DNA of 64,000 bases, from positions 62,001 to 126,000 of IMG/VR virus record IMGVR_UViG_3300042473_001265. One strand, given 5' to 3'. Positions within the stretch are counted from its first letter, which is position 1, and each line of letters starts with the position of its first letter. Positions 29,481-39,005 of this stretch are shown here, piece by piece. A program made the position numbers and the translations under genes. The notes beneath the pieces were generated by a model. It saw only the letters and a program-made list of their open reading frames with translations. It was not told the DNA's origin and did not search any database.

Positions 29481-30356
29481 ATGTTCGGAACAAACGAAAT
29501 CATTGGCAAGAAGTACTTTAAAGACGCACAAGAAAACACCTTGATGGTGACCAGTATGTTCTTTACCTTACAAGGTGAAGGACCCTATGCTGGCTTGCCA
29601 GCACTGTTTATTCGACTGGCCAAATGCAACTTGGATTGCAGTTTCTGTGACACATTCTTTGATGACGGTGATGTGTTCACCTATGCAGAACTGGAACAAA
29701 AGGCACATGAAACTATTCGCGACTTTTGGGTCAGCAAAGGCAAACCAGTGCCTGAGTGGGCAGTGCGGGATCGCAACGACTATCCCGGAGTTGTTCTGGT
29801 AATGACTGGCGGCGAACCCTTGCTGCAAGACAACATCTCGGGATGGATGAAACGACAGTTGTTGCACTACAAAGCAGTGCAGGTTGAAAGCAACGGCATA
29901 CCTGACACAGATGTGCCTACTGGTGTCACACTGGTGTGTTCGCCCAAATGCATTGAGAAGAATGGCAAGGCTGTCAAGTATCTTGCACCCAGTAAAACTA
30001 TTTTAGACCGTGCAGACTGTTTGAAGTTTGTTGTAACTGCCGATGCGGAATCACCTTACAACACAGTTCCAGACTGGGCATTTGAATGGAAACAGCGCAA
30101 CCCCAACAAGGAAGTTTACTGTAGCCCAATGAACGTCTACAACAGTTTTCCACAGAAGATCAAATTGTTGCGAGCAGAGAAAGGCCAAATAACCATGGCT
30201 GAACGCAGCACTGTGGATGAAGTGATTAGTTTTTGGGAACCAGGGCTGTTGAACTTGGCTGACAACCAACGCAATCATGAATATGTGGGGCAGTTTTGTA
30301 TAGAGAATGGGTTCAAGTTGAACTTGCAGCAGCATCTATACACAAGTTTGGCATAA
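29481..30356 (+). CDS. queE: 7-carboxy-7-deazaguanine synthase (radical SAM)
   Basis: FFTLQGEGPYAG, FIRLAKCNLDCSFCDT, TGGEPLLQ, VESNG, SPK and LNLQQH motifs. Confidence 0.92.
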   Translation: MFGTNEIIGKKYFKDAQENTLMVTSMFFTLQGEGPYAGLPALFIRLAKCNLDCSFCDTFFDDGDVFTYAELEQKAHETIRDFWVSKGKPVPEWAVRDRNDYPGVVLVMTGGEPLLQDNISGWMKRQLLHYKAVQVESNGIPDTDVPTGVTLVCSPKCIEKNGKAVKYLAPSKTILDRADCLKFVVTADAESPYNTVPDWAFEWKQRNPNKEVYCSPMNVYNSFPQKIKLLRAEKGQITMAERSTVDEVISFWEPGLLNLADNQRNHEYVGQFCIENGFKLNLQQHLYTSLA

Positions 30357-30370
30357 CAAAGGAAAACACA

Positions 30371-30760
30371 ATGGGATTTTTTGATAGATTTAAAAAGAAG
30401 CCAGCGCCAGAAACTCCGAAACCCCGGACGGAGAAACCTAAAGCACCAGTCAAAACTGAAAAAGAAATTGCTACAGAAAAAGGACAACCTTGGGTTGCTA
30501 TCTTGAGCATGGACATTGATCCTGACAACTTGCATCAGGGTGCATTTGAACTGGACTGGAATGACAAGTTTGTGGCCAATCTGGTGCGAGCAGGCTATCA
30601 AGGTCGGCCCGATGACAAAGATTCCGACATAGTGGATCGCTGGTTTCAAAATGTTTGCAGGCATGTGGTCATGGAAACCTGGGAACAGGAAATGGCCAAC
30701 AATCCTAGTCGTGTGGTTAAACAACGAGACATCGGCGACGGCAGAACAGAAGTGTCTTGA
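30371..30760 (+). CDS. hypothetical phage protein
   Basis: Start MGFFDRFKK at 30371 with AAGGA SD. Confidence 0.65.
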   Translation: MGFFDRFKKKPAPETPKPRTEKPKAPVKTEKEIATEKGQPWVAILSMDIDPDNLHQGAFELDWNDKFVANLVRAGYQGRPDDKDSDIVDRWFQNVCRHVVMETWEQEMANNPSRVVKQRDIGDGRTEVS

Positions 30761-31383
30761 TGATCTTGTTCAACGGTGACAGCCATACAGCTGGATCTAA
30801 TACAACTGTTGCAGATAGATTTAGTAATTTGGTATCTGCTGCATTTGATGCTGATACTGTTAATCTAGCAAAAATCGGAGCCAGCAACGCTCGAATTTTA
30901 AGAACCACACAGGAATACATTGCCAATAACACAGTGGATTTAATCGTGGTTGGATGGTCTACCTGGGAACGCGAAGAATGGAAATATCAAGATAGTTATT
31001 ACAGTGTTAACTCGTCCGGGCATGACGCATTGCCACCAGCACTGTTAGACCGGTACAAAACATGGGTAATAGATCAAACACCAGACAGTTTAATTGCTAA
31101 ATCGCAAAAGTGGCACGAAGATATTTACAAATTTCATTTGGAATTAGAACAAAAAAATATAAAGCATTTGTTTTTTAATTGCATGTATGATTTTTTTCGT
31201 CCATTGAATGTTTACAACTGGAACAATCAATATATAGGGCCATATGACAATGACAGCAGCTATTACTGGTATTTAAAAAATCAAGGTATCAACGCCGACC
31301 AATGGTATCATTATTGCGCCGACGGTCATGCCCAATGGGCAAGGTTGTTAGTTAATTATATTAAAGAATACAAATTACTATGA
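30757..31383 (+). CDS. SGNH/GDSL-like protein
   Basis: ILFNGDSHT, GASN and terminal H motif (HYCADGH). Confidence 0.6.
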   Translation: MMILFNGDSHTAGSNTTVADRFSNLVSAAFDADTVNLAKIGASNARILRTTQEYIANNTVDLIVVGWSTWEREEWKYQDSYYSVNSSGHDALPPALLDRYKTWVIDQTPDSLIAKSQKWHEDIYKFHLELEQKNIKHLFFNCMYDFFRPLNVYNWNNQYIGPYDNDSSYYWYLKNQGINADQWYHYCADGHAQWARLLVNYIKEYKLL

Positions 31384-32081
31384 TATTGTATGTAAACGGC
31401 GACAGCCATACCGCAGCAGCAGAAGCAGTCAATCCACATGCATTTGCCATGGACGATGGACCATTGTTTTACATGGGGCGGGCACCACATCCAGAAAATT
31501 TAGCAGTGAGCTGGGGCACACGCTTGAGCAAAGCATTAAGAGCCAGTTTCCACTGCGGTGCCGAGAGTGCCAGCAGCAACACCAGAATACTCAGAACAAC
31601 CAGAGATTGGCTGACCAAAATACGAAACTTTGACGAAGTGTTGATGGTGATTCAATGGAGTACCTGGGAACGCGAAGAATGGTTGATTGACGGTGTGTAC
31701 TATCAAATTGGTGCCAGCGGACAGGACGATGTGCCCGAAGAACATACACAACGCTACAAGGAATTTGTAGTTGGTGTTGATTGGAAAGAAAAAACCAAAC
31801 AAGCACATAATGAAATTTGGCAACTGCATACCGATCTGGAGGGCCTGGGTGTAAATCACATCTTCTTCAATGGCAACAACGATTTTAGTGCAATTACAGA
31901 CCGAAAAGACTGGGGCACCAGTTATATTGACCCATATGATCCTGCAGGCACTTACAGTGCTCGAATACAAGCACAAGGTATCCAAACAGTTACGCCCAAA
32001 TCGTGGCATTTTGGCAGCGATGGCCATAGCTTTTGGAATCGTTTTATGTTACAATATATCAATGCCAACAACAAAGTTTAA
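31380..32081 (+). CDS. SGNH/GDSL-like protein (paralog of 30757)
   Basis: ILYVNGDSHT, SASSN and HFGSDGH; shares WSTWEREEW with its neighbour. Confidence 0.6.
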   Translation: MILYVNGDSHTAAAEAVNPHAFAMDDGPLFYMGRAPHPENLAVSWGTRLSKALRASFHCGAESASSNTRILRTTRDWLTKIRNFDEVLMVIQWSTWEREEWLIDGVYYQIGASGQDDVPEEHTQRYKEFVVGVDWKEKTKQAHNEIWQLHTDLEGLGVNHIFFNGNNDFSAITDRKDWGTSYIDPYDPAGTYSARIQAQGIQTVTPKSWHFGSDGHSFWNRFMLQYINANNKV

Positions 32082-32090
32082 AGAGTTATC

Positions 32091-33098
32091 ATGCGTTATG
32101 TGTTAATTGATACAGCCAACATGTTCTTTCGTGCCAGGCACACAGCTTTTCGCGCCAGTGATCCTTGGGAAAAAGTCGGAGTAGCACTGCATACCACCTT
32201 GATGAGTGCCAACAAAGTGGTCAAACGCTTTGAAGCAGATCATGTGGTATTTGCACTGGAAGGTCGCAGCTGGCGCAAAGATCACTACAAACCTTACAAG
32301 GCCAATCGTGCTGTGGCTCGCGCAGCACTGACCGAGGCCGAAGCCGAAGAAGATGCCATGTTCTGGGAAGCATTTGATAACCTGACTAAATACTTGTCAG
32401 AGCGAACCAACTGTAGTGTGATTAGATGCCCCACTGCCGAAGGCGATGACATCATTGCTCGCTGGATCAATCTACATCCCCAAGACGAACACATTGTGAT
32501 CAGCAGCGACACAGATTTTGTGCAGTTGGTGGCCCAAAATGTAAAACAATACAATGGTATCACAGACGAACTTATCACAGTTGACGGTATCTTTGATGCC
32601 AAAGGCCGACCTGTAGTTGACAAGAAAACAAAAGAACCCAAGAAGATTCCAGACCCTGCGTGGTTGTTGTTTGAAAAGTGCATGCGTGGCGACACCAGCG
32701 ACAATGTGTTTTCGGCATATCCAGGAGTGCGCACCAAAGGTACCAAGAACAAGGTGGGCCTAGAAGAAGCATTTGCTGATCGTACAAACAAAGGCTATTC
32801 GTGGAACAATCTCATGTTGCAGCGTTGGACTGACCACAACGGCGAAGAACATCGTGTGCTGGACGACTACGAGCGCAATAGACAGTTAATCGATCTTACA
32901 CATCAGCCGCAGGCCATCAAAGACACTGTGGATCTTGCCATCATTGACCAGGTGTCGCACAAAGATATTGGTCAAGTTGGTGTGAGATTCATGCAGTTCT
33001 GTGGCAAATACGATTTGGTCCGATGCAGCGAAGGTGCCGACAGTTTTGGTCGTTGGTTGAACGAGACATATAAAGGAGTACTAAATGTTAGTGGCTAA
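32091..33098 (+). CDS. rnh: 5'-3' exonuclease / T4 RNase H-like
   Basis: VLIDTANMFFR, EGDDII, ISSDTDFVQL and RGDTSDNV motifs. Confidence 0.9.
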   Translation: MRYVLIDTANMFFRARHTAFRASDPWEKVGVALHTTLMSANKVVKRFEADHVVFALEGRSWRKDHYKPYKANRAVARAALTEAEAEEDAMFWEAFDNLTKYLSERTNCSVIRCPTAEGDDIIARWINLHPQDEHIVISSDTDFVQLVAQNVKQYNGITDELITVDGIFDAKGRPVVDKKTKEPKKIPDPAWLLFEKCMRGDTSDNVFSAYPGVRTKGTKNKVGLEEAFADRTNKGYSWNNLMLQRWTDHNGEEHRVLDDYERNRQLIDLTHQPQAIKDTVDLAIIDQVSHKDIGQVGVRFMQFCGKYDLVRCSEGADSFGRWLNETYKGVLNVSG

Positions 33099-33519
33099 AG
33101 TAATAGCAGATAAACAATATTGGATTTTGCAAGACGACAATCAAAAGGTCGGCAACATCGAAGCATGGAACGGCGGCTATCAGGTTCGCATACATGATCA
33201 AGTAAAACAGTTTAAAACAATTAAACTTGCGGCTCGTGAATCAAACATTGTGTTTGAAAAAGGCGCGGTGCCAACCAAACCAGACACCAGCCAGGTACAT
33301 GGCTTTCCTGTGTCAGGCAGATGTTATAATCCTGTATGGGATGTGGCACATCGCTTGCCGTTGTATACCAAGACTCGCAAAAGCAAAAGTTGGTTTGCTG
33401 CCGGATGGTATTCTATCAAGCGTGGGCGTAAATGGAAGTTGGTACAGGATCCCAAGTTGATTGCACTACAACGCTATCCGTATCAAGGCCCATTCCACAG
33501 CAAAGAAGAAGTAAAATGA
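33085..33519 (+). CDS. hypothetical protein
   Basis: 144-aa ORF coupled to rnh. Confidence 0.6.
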   Translation: MLVAKVIADKQYWILQDDNQKVGNIEAWNGGYQVRIHDQVKQFKTIKLAARESNIVFEKGAVPTKPDTSQVHGFPVSGRCYNPVWDVAHRLPLYTKTRKSKSWFAAGWYSIKRGRKWKLVQDPKLIALQRYPYQGPFHSKEEVK

Positions 33520-33881
33520 ATCCGTTTAGAGACCAAGAAAAGTTCATGCGAGCATGCGATCAGAAAACTGATGCGTATGCAATTTCTCAGTACAACATGT
33601 ATCTGAATCTGATAGACGAAGAACATGCTGAACTCAAACAAGCAGTTGCCGACGACGACATGACCGAACAGTTGGATGCCTTGATTGATATTTTAGTTGT
33701 GACAATTGGTGCTATTCACAGTGCTGGCTTTGATGGTGAAGGTGCTTGGAAAGAAGTCATGAGTACAAACTTTGCTAAGATTGATCGTGAAACTGGCAAG
33801 GTGCGCAAGCGTGAAGATGGCAAGGTACTCAAGCCCACCGGTTGGACTCCGCCAGATCTCAAAACATATCTTAAAAAATGA
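33516..33881 (+). CDS. MazG-like nucleoside triphosphate pyrophosphohydrolase
   Basis: LIDEEHAEL, LDALIDILVV, EVMSTNFAK and DGKVLKP motifs. Confidence 0.85.
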   Translation: MNPFRDQEKFMRACDQKTDAYAISQYNMYLNLIDEEHAELKQAVADDDMTEQLDALIDILVVTIGAIHSAGFDGEGAWKEVMSTNFAKIDRETGKVRKREDGKVLKPTGWTPPDLKTYLKK

Positions 33882-34087
33882 GTATCCATATTCAAAAATT
33901 CATTGAGCGTGTACAGGGTTTTGAAGCCAGAGCCGCAAAAGACTTTACCATGTCAATGAAAGATGCCAAAGATCTACACGCCGATATCACACGACTACTG
34001 TTGACTGTGAATCAACTGCGCGAAATGACTGTTGCTGCCCAACAAAACGACAAAATTTCCATTGAAGTTGGGGGCGGCTCATTCTAA
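33878..34087 (+). CDS. hypothetical protein
   Basis: 69-aa coupled ORF. Confidence 0.55.
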   Translation: MSIHIQKFIERVQGFEARAAKDFTMSMKDAKDLHADITRLLLTVNQLREMTVAAQQNDKISIEVGGGSF

Positions 34088-34128
34088 TAACTCCCTATAT
34101 TTGTCATAAATAAAAATGTAGGAGTTTA

Positions 34129-34428
34129 ATGATGTCAAGACCCAAACCCAAAGTTCTTTTAGAACTCACAAACAAAGCCACTTACAAGACAGAACAGGTG
34201 TTGTCTTCGTCCGGCGTGTGGGCGGTATTCTATGATGACACTCCGATCAATCTCAAGACCAGCAACATGCTGGTGCAGACTCCTGGACCCAAATACAAGA
34301 AAGTTTCTTTCTCCAATCCCGGACATGCTCACAATCTTTCAAAGAAGTTAAACGCACAATTCAAGACTGACAAGTTCACTGTGGTGTTGTTGAAGCAGGG
34401 CGATACTGTTCAGCCCAGTGGTGCGTGA
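34129..34428 (+). CDS. hypothetical phage protein (MSRPKPKVLLE...)
   Basis: ATAAATA motif and GGAG SD upstream. Confidence 0.65.
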   Translation: MMSRPKPKVLLELTNKATYKTEQVLSSSGVWAVFYDDTPINLKTSNMLVQTPGPKYKKVSFSNPGHAHNLSKKLNAQFKTDKFTVVLLKQGDTVQPSGA

Positions 34429-34777
34429 CAAACTAAAATTGACTCAAGCATTGGTAGCAGAGCTGCCAGTAGAGTTCAACGAGTCTGTGGAATCTGCATC
34501 AAGATCCTGGTGGTCAAACATTCGCAAGACCGGCGGCATGAGATTGACTGACCACGGTTACTATGTGTTTAGTCGTGTGTTGGATCTGGCACATTACGGA
34601 ATAGATATCAAGCCAACAGCCAGTCGCATTGTGTTGGCGTTAGATCGCAAACTACAAACTCCTTACTATATAGAAATTGAAAAACGCATACCTGTGAGAG
34701 TATACATGTTTGGCAGCCGCGAAGCAGTGACAGCACAGTTGTATGGTGATTTGGAAAAGTTCTTAAAGAATTATTAA
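34418..34777 (+). CDS. hypothetical protein
   Basis: 119-aa ORF overlapping the previous stop. Confidence 0.55.
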   Translation: MVRDKLKLTQALVAELPVEFNESVESASRSWWSNIRKTGGMRLTDHGYYVFSRVLDLAHYGIDIKPTASRIVLALDRKLQTPYYIEIEKRIPVRVYMFGSREAVTAQLYGDLEKFLKNY

Positions 34778-34778
34778 C

Positions 34779-35579
34779 ATGATTGATACAATCACAATTG
34801 TATTTCAAGACGAATTAGAAACATTAAAAACTCAAGCGCGGAGTTTAGCAGTTTACGGTAAAGACTTGGGTACTATATTTGTAGTGATAAATCAAGACAC
34901 AGATCTAGTGCCCGAAATTGATCGATCCTGGTGGGGTCGTTTTCATGATCATGTTCAAATAATTTCAAGAAATACATTTGGAGATGCATGGGTTCAAAAC
35001 GGTTGGGTAAGTCAGCAGGCATTAAAATTGTTGACCAGCACTTTTAGCAGCAATGATTGGAGCATAATACTTGATGCTAAAACTTTTTTTGTTAACCCTA
35101 TGCCTGAGGTGGAATCTAGGCCGGCTGTAGGCCAGCTGGAGATTTATCCGGTATTTGTGCCCAGTCAAGAGATAGTCAACCGGTTGTTTGGAATTGATCT
35201 TGTAAAACAACTAGGGCCCGGTGGTGTTCCTTTCGTAATCAACAATGGTCAAGCTCGGGAAATGATCAAGTGGATAGAGTCCCACACTCAACAGACATTT
35301 GCCAGCTGGTTCCAAAGTCAAGGCATGCTGACAGAATTTATTTTGTATTCAGGATGGATACAGTATCAGTACGGTGATTTTAATTCGTTGTACAATGTTT
35401 CAAAATCCAATCTGCAGCCGTGTAATCTTTGTCACAGCGAAGTGGCCAGTTTTGATCGTATATTTAAAACAATGGCCAGTGCTACCACAGTTAGTGTACA
35501 TCGCAGAGCATGGACCGAATTGACTCCCGTGCAACAAACACAATATACCAATTTCTTAGCCAGCAGGGGCATTCTATGA
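34779..35579 (+). CDS. putative glycosyltransferase-like protein
   Basis: NGWVSQQALKL, IILDAKTFF (DxK/DxD-like) and TEFILY pattern. Confidence 0.5.
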   Translation: MIDTITIVFQDELETLKTQARSLAVYGKDLGTIFVVINQDTDLVPEIDRSWWGRFHDHVQIISRNTFGDAWVQNGWVSQQALKLLTSTFSSNDWSIILDAKTFFVNPMPEVESRPAVGQLEIYPVFVPSQEIVNRLFGIDLVKQLGPGGVPFVINNGQAREMIKWIESHTQQTFASWFQSQGMLTEFILYSGWIQYQYGDFNSLYNVSKSNLQPCNLCHSEVASFDRIFKTMASATTVSVHRRAWTELTPVQQTQYTNFLASRGIL

Positions 35580-36082
35580 AAGCAGTATGTGTGGTTGCGC
35601 ATCCTGACGACTGTGTGATCTTTGCTTATAGTTTTATACACAATCATCCAGAATATCATTGGACTATATGTTATGTTACCTATACTGCTACAGACCCACG
35701 AGGACAAGAGTTTGTAAATTTTTGGAACAGGCGCAATTGCGAAACTAAATTTTTAGGATATGTAGACGATTGGCATGATATAGAAAATAAACACATCAGC
35801 TTTGATGAAGGTTCGGCCCGTGCTGATATACAATCAACTATAGCAGATTATGATTTGGTATTGACTCACAATGCCCAGGGCGAGTACGGACACATTCACC
35901 ATGTGTTTGTAAATCAAGCTGTTGGCCCTCATCCCAACCTTGTGACTTTTGCAGGACCTGGGCAAGGCACAGTTAAATATACTATAGAACCGGGTGTGTA
36001 TTCTCTAAACGAGTTTCCATTGCATCGAGACATAGTTGCTGATTTTCACCCCACCATACATGTAAACGAGTATAATTTATGA
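35576..36082 (+). CDS. PIG-L/LmbE-like deacetylase
   Basis: VVAHPDDCVIF and THNAQGEYGHIHH motifs. Confidence 0.7.
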   Translation: MKAVCVVAHPDDCVIFAYSFIHNHPEYHWTICYVTYTATDPRGQEFVNFWNRRNCETKFLGYVDDWHDIENKHISFDEGSARADIQSTIADYDLVLTHNAQGEYGHIHHVFVNQAVGPHPNLVTFAGPGQGTVKYTIEPGVYSLNEFPLHRDIVADFHPTIHVNEYNL

Positions 36083-36897
36083 AAAAGAAATTAATGGTAG
36101 CAGGTTGCAGTTTCAGTGCGCCAACAAAAAGCAACGACGGTACCAGCTGGAGTGAGGTACTGGCAGCTAGACTGGGCTGGGACTTGGTCAATCTGGCCAG
36201 ACAGGGCTGTAGCAACGGCGGCATCAGAATCCAAATGGAAGAGATTCGCAAACAACAGCCGGACTTTGCCATTGTCACTCCCACATTCTGGGATCGCATG
36301 GAGATTCCAGCAAACTCAGCACCGTACGACTGGACGCAACCGCCCAGCCGTGGCGAAGGCCCACCACTGGAAAAGCATCTACAAGATCGTACACGCGGCA
36401 ATGGTTACCGGCGAGAAGACGGCCTGAAAAATGTCAACTATGGCAAAGAACCCAGCAATATGATTTGCGAAACCATCTTTACCCTGGCAGAAAATTTTGA
36501 TCATCCTTACAGAATGGCTCGCATCAGCCGAGATGCACAACGCGGCGTACAGGCCTGGATTGACAGCATCTACGACAATGCTTGGAAAAAACAACAGGAC
36601 GAATGGATCATACACGAAGGTATTTTACAAATGTATCACGATGGATTAAAGTTTCTAGTACAGCCTGTGTTGCTGTGGCCATTTGACCATGCCAATGAGC
36701 ACCAATGGCGCAATGCATTTAATAAAGTGATCCCTGATCATTACATCATGCTAGACCAAGCAGAAAGTGTACTTGCTGCTTATAGCCGCTACCCGTTTGT
36801 GGGCGAAGATCCTGGATATCACACCAGCCCTGCAGGACAGGCAGCCATAGCAGACAATTGGTATCGACGTATTACTCAAGACCATGGCATCAGTTGA
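36079..36897 (+). CDS. SGNH/GDSL-like protein
   Basis: LMVAGCSFS, GCSN and GYHTSPAGQ motifs. Confidence 0.55.
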   Translation: MKKKLMVAGCSFSAPTKSNDGTSWSEVLAARLGWDLVNLARQGCSNGGIRIQMEEIRKQQPDFAIVTPTFWDRMEIPANSAPYDWTQPPSRGEGPPLEKHLQDRTRGNGYRREDGLKNVNYGKEPSNMICETIFTLAENFDHPYRMARISRDAQRGVQAWIDSIYDNAWKKQQDEWIIHEGILQMYHDGLKFLVQPVLLWPFDHANEHQWRNAFNKVIPDHYIMLDQAESVLAAYSRYPFVGEDPGYHTSPAGQAAIADNWYRRITQDHGIS

Positions 36898-37603
36898 TCA
36901 CTTGGTTGTGAATGGTTGCAGTTATATGGAAGCATATGCTGCTGGCAATGGCCATGTGGATTTGGCCGAGCGCCTAGGCATGAACACTTCGGAAAGTTTG
37001 GCCATTGGCGGCAGCGCCAACACTCGTATTATTCGCACCACACTCAAACACAGTTACCAGACAACACAGCCGACCTTTTATGTACTGGGAATGACTTTCT
37101 TAAGCCGACTGGAAATACCGATCCTGGAAAATCAGTCTGAGTTTGAAGGACGTTGGACCAATCCGCAGAATCAACAGTTTGCCAAACACTGGCAGTACGG
37201 CTGGGGTGCGGCAGAAACAGATCAATTTGTAGACATCAAATTAAAAAGTGAAATCTACAGCATACTGGATCGCACTGAGGATCTGATGTATAAAATTGTT
37301 TCCATGATTGCTGACTTGAAGCAGCGTGGACACCGTGTGCTGGTGTATCAACAGGCCGACGATGTGTATCAGCATTGCATTCATGACCCTAGGCTTGACC
37401 TGTTCAGGAAAACTACTAACATCTTGGGCGGCTATGCCTGGCTGGCCGTTGAATGGCAACACATGCAAGGTGTTCCGGCTATGAACTACGGCAATACCCC
37501 CATACACCTGGTGCCCGACACAATGAGACATCGTGAGTCCGGGCACCACCAGGTGTTGAACAGCTTTTTAATTGATTATATCAAGCAACAGCAGTTGGTG
37601 TAA
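36884..37603 (+). CDS. SGNH/GDSL-like protein
   Basis: LVVNGCSYM, GSAN and RHRESGHH motifs. Confidence 0.55.
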   Translation: MASVDHLVVNGCSYMEAYAAGNGHVDLAERLGMNTSESLAIGGSANTRIIRTTLKHSYQTTQPTFYVLGMTFLSRLEIPILENQSEFEGRWTNPQNQQFAKHWQYGWGAAETDQFVDIKLKSEIYSILDRTEDLMYKIVSMIADLKQRGHRVLVYQQADDVYQHCIHDPRLDLFRKTTNILGGYAWLAVEWQHMQGVPAMNYGNTPIHLVPDTMRHRESGHHQVLNSFLIDYIKQQQLV

Positions 37604-38603
37604 CCACGGTTCGGCCACCGCAACTGTTGACACATCCATACAGTCTGCCGGCGGCAATGCTGTCCTTTTTCCAGGTTTCTTCCACTGCATTGAACCACTC
37701 AATACAGTGTTCAAGGCTGTGCTCTAGTGCATTGTTTTCTTTGATCAAGGGCAACAACTGTTGATTGCCGGGATGATTCATTGTGGTCGGATAGAACCCC
37801 AGGAAGCAACAGGGATACACTGTTGCGTCAGCAGCAATATAAATTTCTTTTAGTCGGTTGTGCTGACAAGTGATATTCAAGGGCTGACAATCTTTATCAA
37901 TTTTTACAGTGGCAGGATCAAACCATGTGAGATGACTTTGCAACAAAGGTTTGATGTCGGGTGTGCCTGAATCATACGGTTGGCCGATGTGATGAGTAAA
38001 TTCACCTGTACGAGTAAATGCTGGGCCACGGTTGCGTCCTTCGTCAATGTTTTCAAATCTGGCAAATCCCAACTCTTTGGATAATTTTTTGCAGTCTGTT
38101 TGCTGATGACGATTATGGTCAAATGGAACAAATCTCCAGATGGCATGGCCGCCAGCACGAATAAATGCCGTGGCGTTTTCAATGACTCGATTCCAATCTG
38201 TATCCAAGCGGTATAGACTGTGTGTGTCGGCTAACCCATCCAGTGCAAATCCAATGCGAACGCCGGGTCGTGCCAACGCAGCCCACCAGTCAGGTGTACG
38301 CATACTGCCATTGGTGTTGATATAAACTGGTACTGCTAGATCTGCCAAGTAGTGTACAATTTCTTGAGCATCGCGAGCCAATCCAAAATCCCCGAGATTT
38401 CCATTGAAACTTACACCAGATGTTAGTTGCTGTAAGAAACTCACAGGAAGTATTTGTTTAATGTTGTCCAGGGTTAATTCAGTAACTGGATATCCAGAAT
38501 TAAACTCCAGACCACGATAGTTCCGCATACACATGGGACAACGAGCATTGCAACGGGTAGTTAATTCAATTTGTACTTGACGAATGTCAGAAAGTCTCAG
38601 CAT
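37581..38603 (-). CDS. radical SAM protein with a C-terminal SPASM/twitch-like region
   Basis: CNARCPMC (CxxxCxxC), INTNGS, YPCCFL and CVNSC motifs. Confidence 0.85.
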   Translation of the reverse strand: MLRLSDIRQVQIELTTRCNARCPMCMRNYRGLEFNSGYPVTELTLDNIKQILPVSFLQQLTSGVSFNGNLGDFGLARDAQEIVHYLADLAVPVYINTNGSMRTPDWWAALARPGVRIGFALDGLADTHSLYRLDTDWNRVIENATAFIRAGGHAIWRFVPFDHNRHQQTDCKKLSKELGFARFENIDEGRNRGPAFTRTGEFTHHIGQPYDSGTPDIKPLLQSHLTWFDPATVKIDKDCQPLNITCQHNRLKEIYIAADATVYPCCFLGFYPTTMNHPGNQQLLPLIKENNALEHSLEHCIEWFNAVEETWKKDSIAAGRLYGCVNSCGGRTVVTPTAVA

Positions 38604-38656
38604 AAAATATTTATGGATTATAATTGTTGTTTGATATAAAAGATAAATAAATCATA

Positions 38657-38764
38657 ATGAATACCATTCACTCACTCTTGTCCTCTTTGTGTATCTCGAA
38701 CACAGGGCTATCTGCGTCTTTGAGACTAGAACAGTTCCGGATCCCGAATGGTTGGCACAGTTAA
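38657..38764 (+). CDS. leader peptide 1 (Ser/Leu-rich, 35 aa) of a putative tRNA-operon attenuator
   Basis: MNTIHSLLSSLCISNTGLSASLRLEQFRIPNGWHS: 7 Ser and 6 Leu; followed by a terminator. Confidence 0.7.
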   Translation: MNTIHSLLSSLCISNTGLSASLRLEQFRIPNGWHS

Positions 38765-38791
38765 AATAATTTAACAACCCAAACTTCAAGG

Positions 38792-38820
38792 ACCCTGGAA
38801 CTAAAAACTCCGGGGTTTTT
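38792..38820 (+). terminator. attenuator terminator 1
   Basis: ACCCTGGA-N9-TCCGGGGT plus T run; AGTTCC at 38733 can pair instead with GGAACT at 38797. Confidence 0.75.
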
Positions 38821-38845
38821 CATTATGCACTACAAGGAGAACTGT

Positions 38846-38893
38846 ATGACCGCAGAAGAATATTGGAAATGGTTACATGACAATGTACAATAA
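38846..38893 (+). CDS. 15-aa micropeptide MTAEEYWKWLHDNVQ
   Basis: Strong AAGGAG SD at 38834; first ORF after terminator 1. Confidence 0.45.
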   Translation: MTAEEYWKWLHDNVQ

Positions 38894-38898
38894 AGCAG

Positions 38899-38927
38899 TT
38901 GACACAGATTGCTGACTGTGCTACAAT
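38899..38927 (+). promoter_or_regulatory. sigma70-type promoter of tRNA block 1
   Basis: TTGACA-N17-TACAAT. Confidence 0.75.
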
Positions 38928-38936
38928 AGACAATTG

Positions 38937-38984
38937 GCAACAAACGATCGAGTAGTTGCTGTACAGTTCATTAATATAAAATTT
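38937..38984 (+). promoter_or_regulatory. boxB-like hairpin plus boxA-like antitermination element
   Basis: GCAAC-AAACGATCGAGTA-GTTGC, then GTTCATTAATATAAAATTT; the same loop recurs at 42764. Confidence 0.5.
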
Positions 38985-39005
38985 AGATAAGTTAATACAA
39001 GCAAT

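Noticed and set aside
231-38325. Numerous antisense or alternate-frame ORFs nested in long genes
   Set aside because: They are shadows of well-supported + strand genes and show no independent motifs or translation signals.
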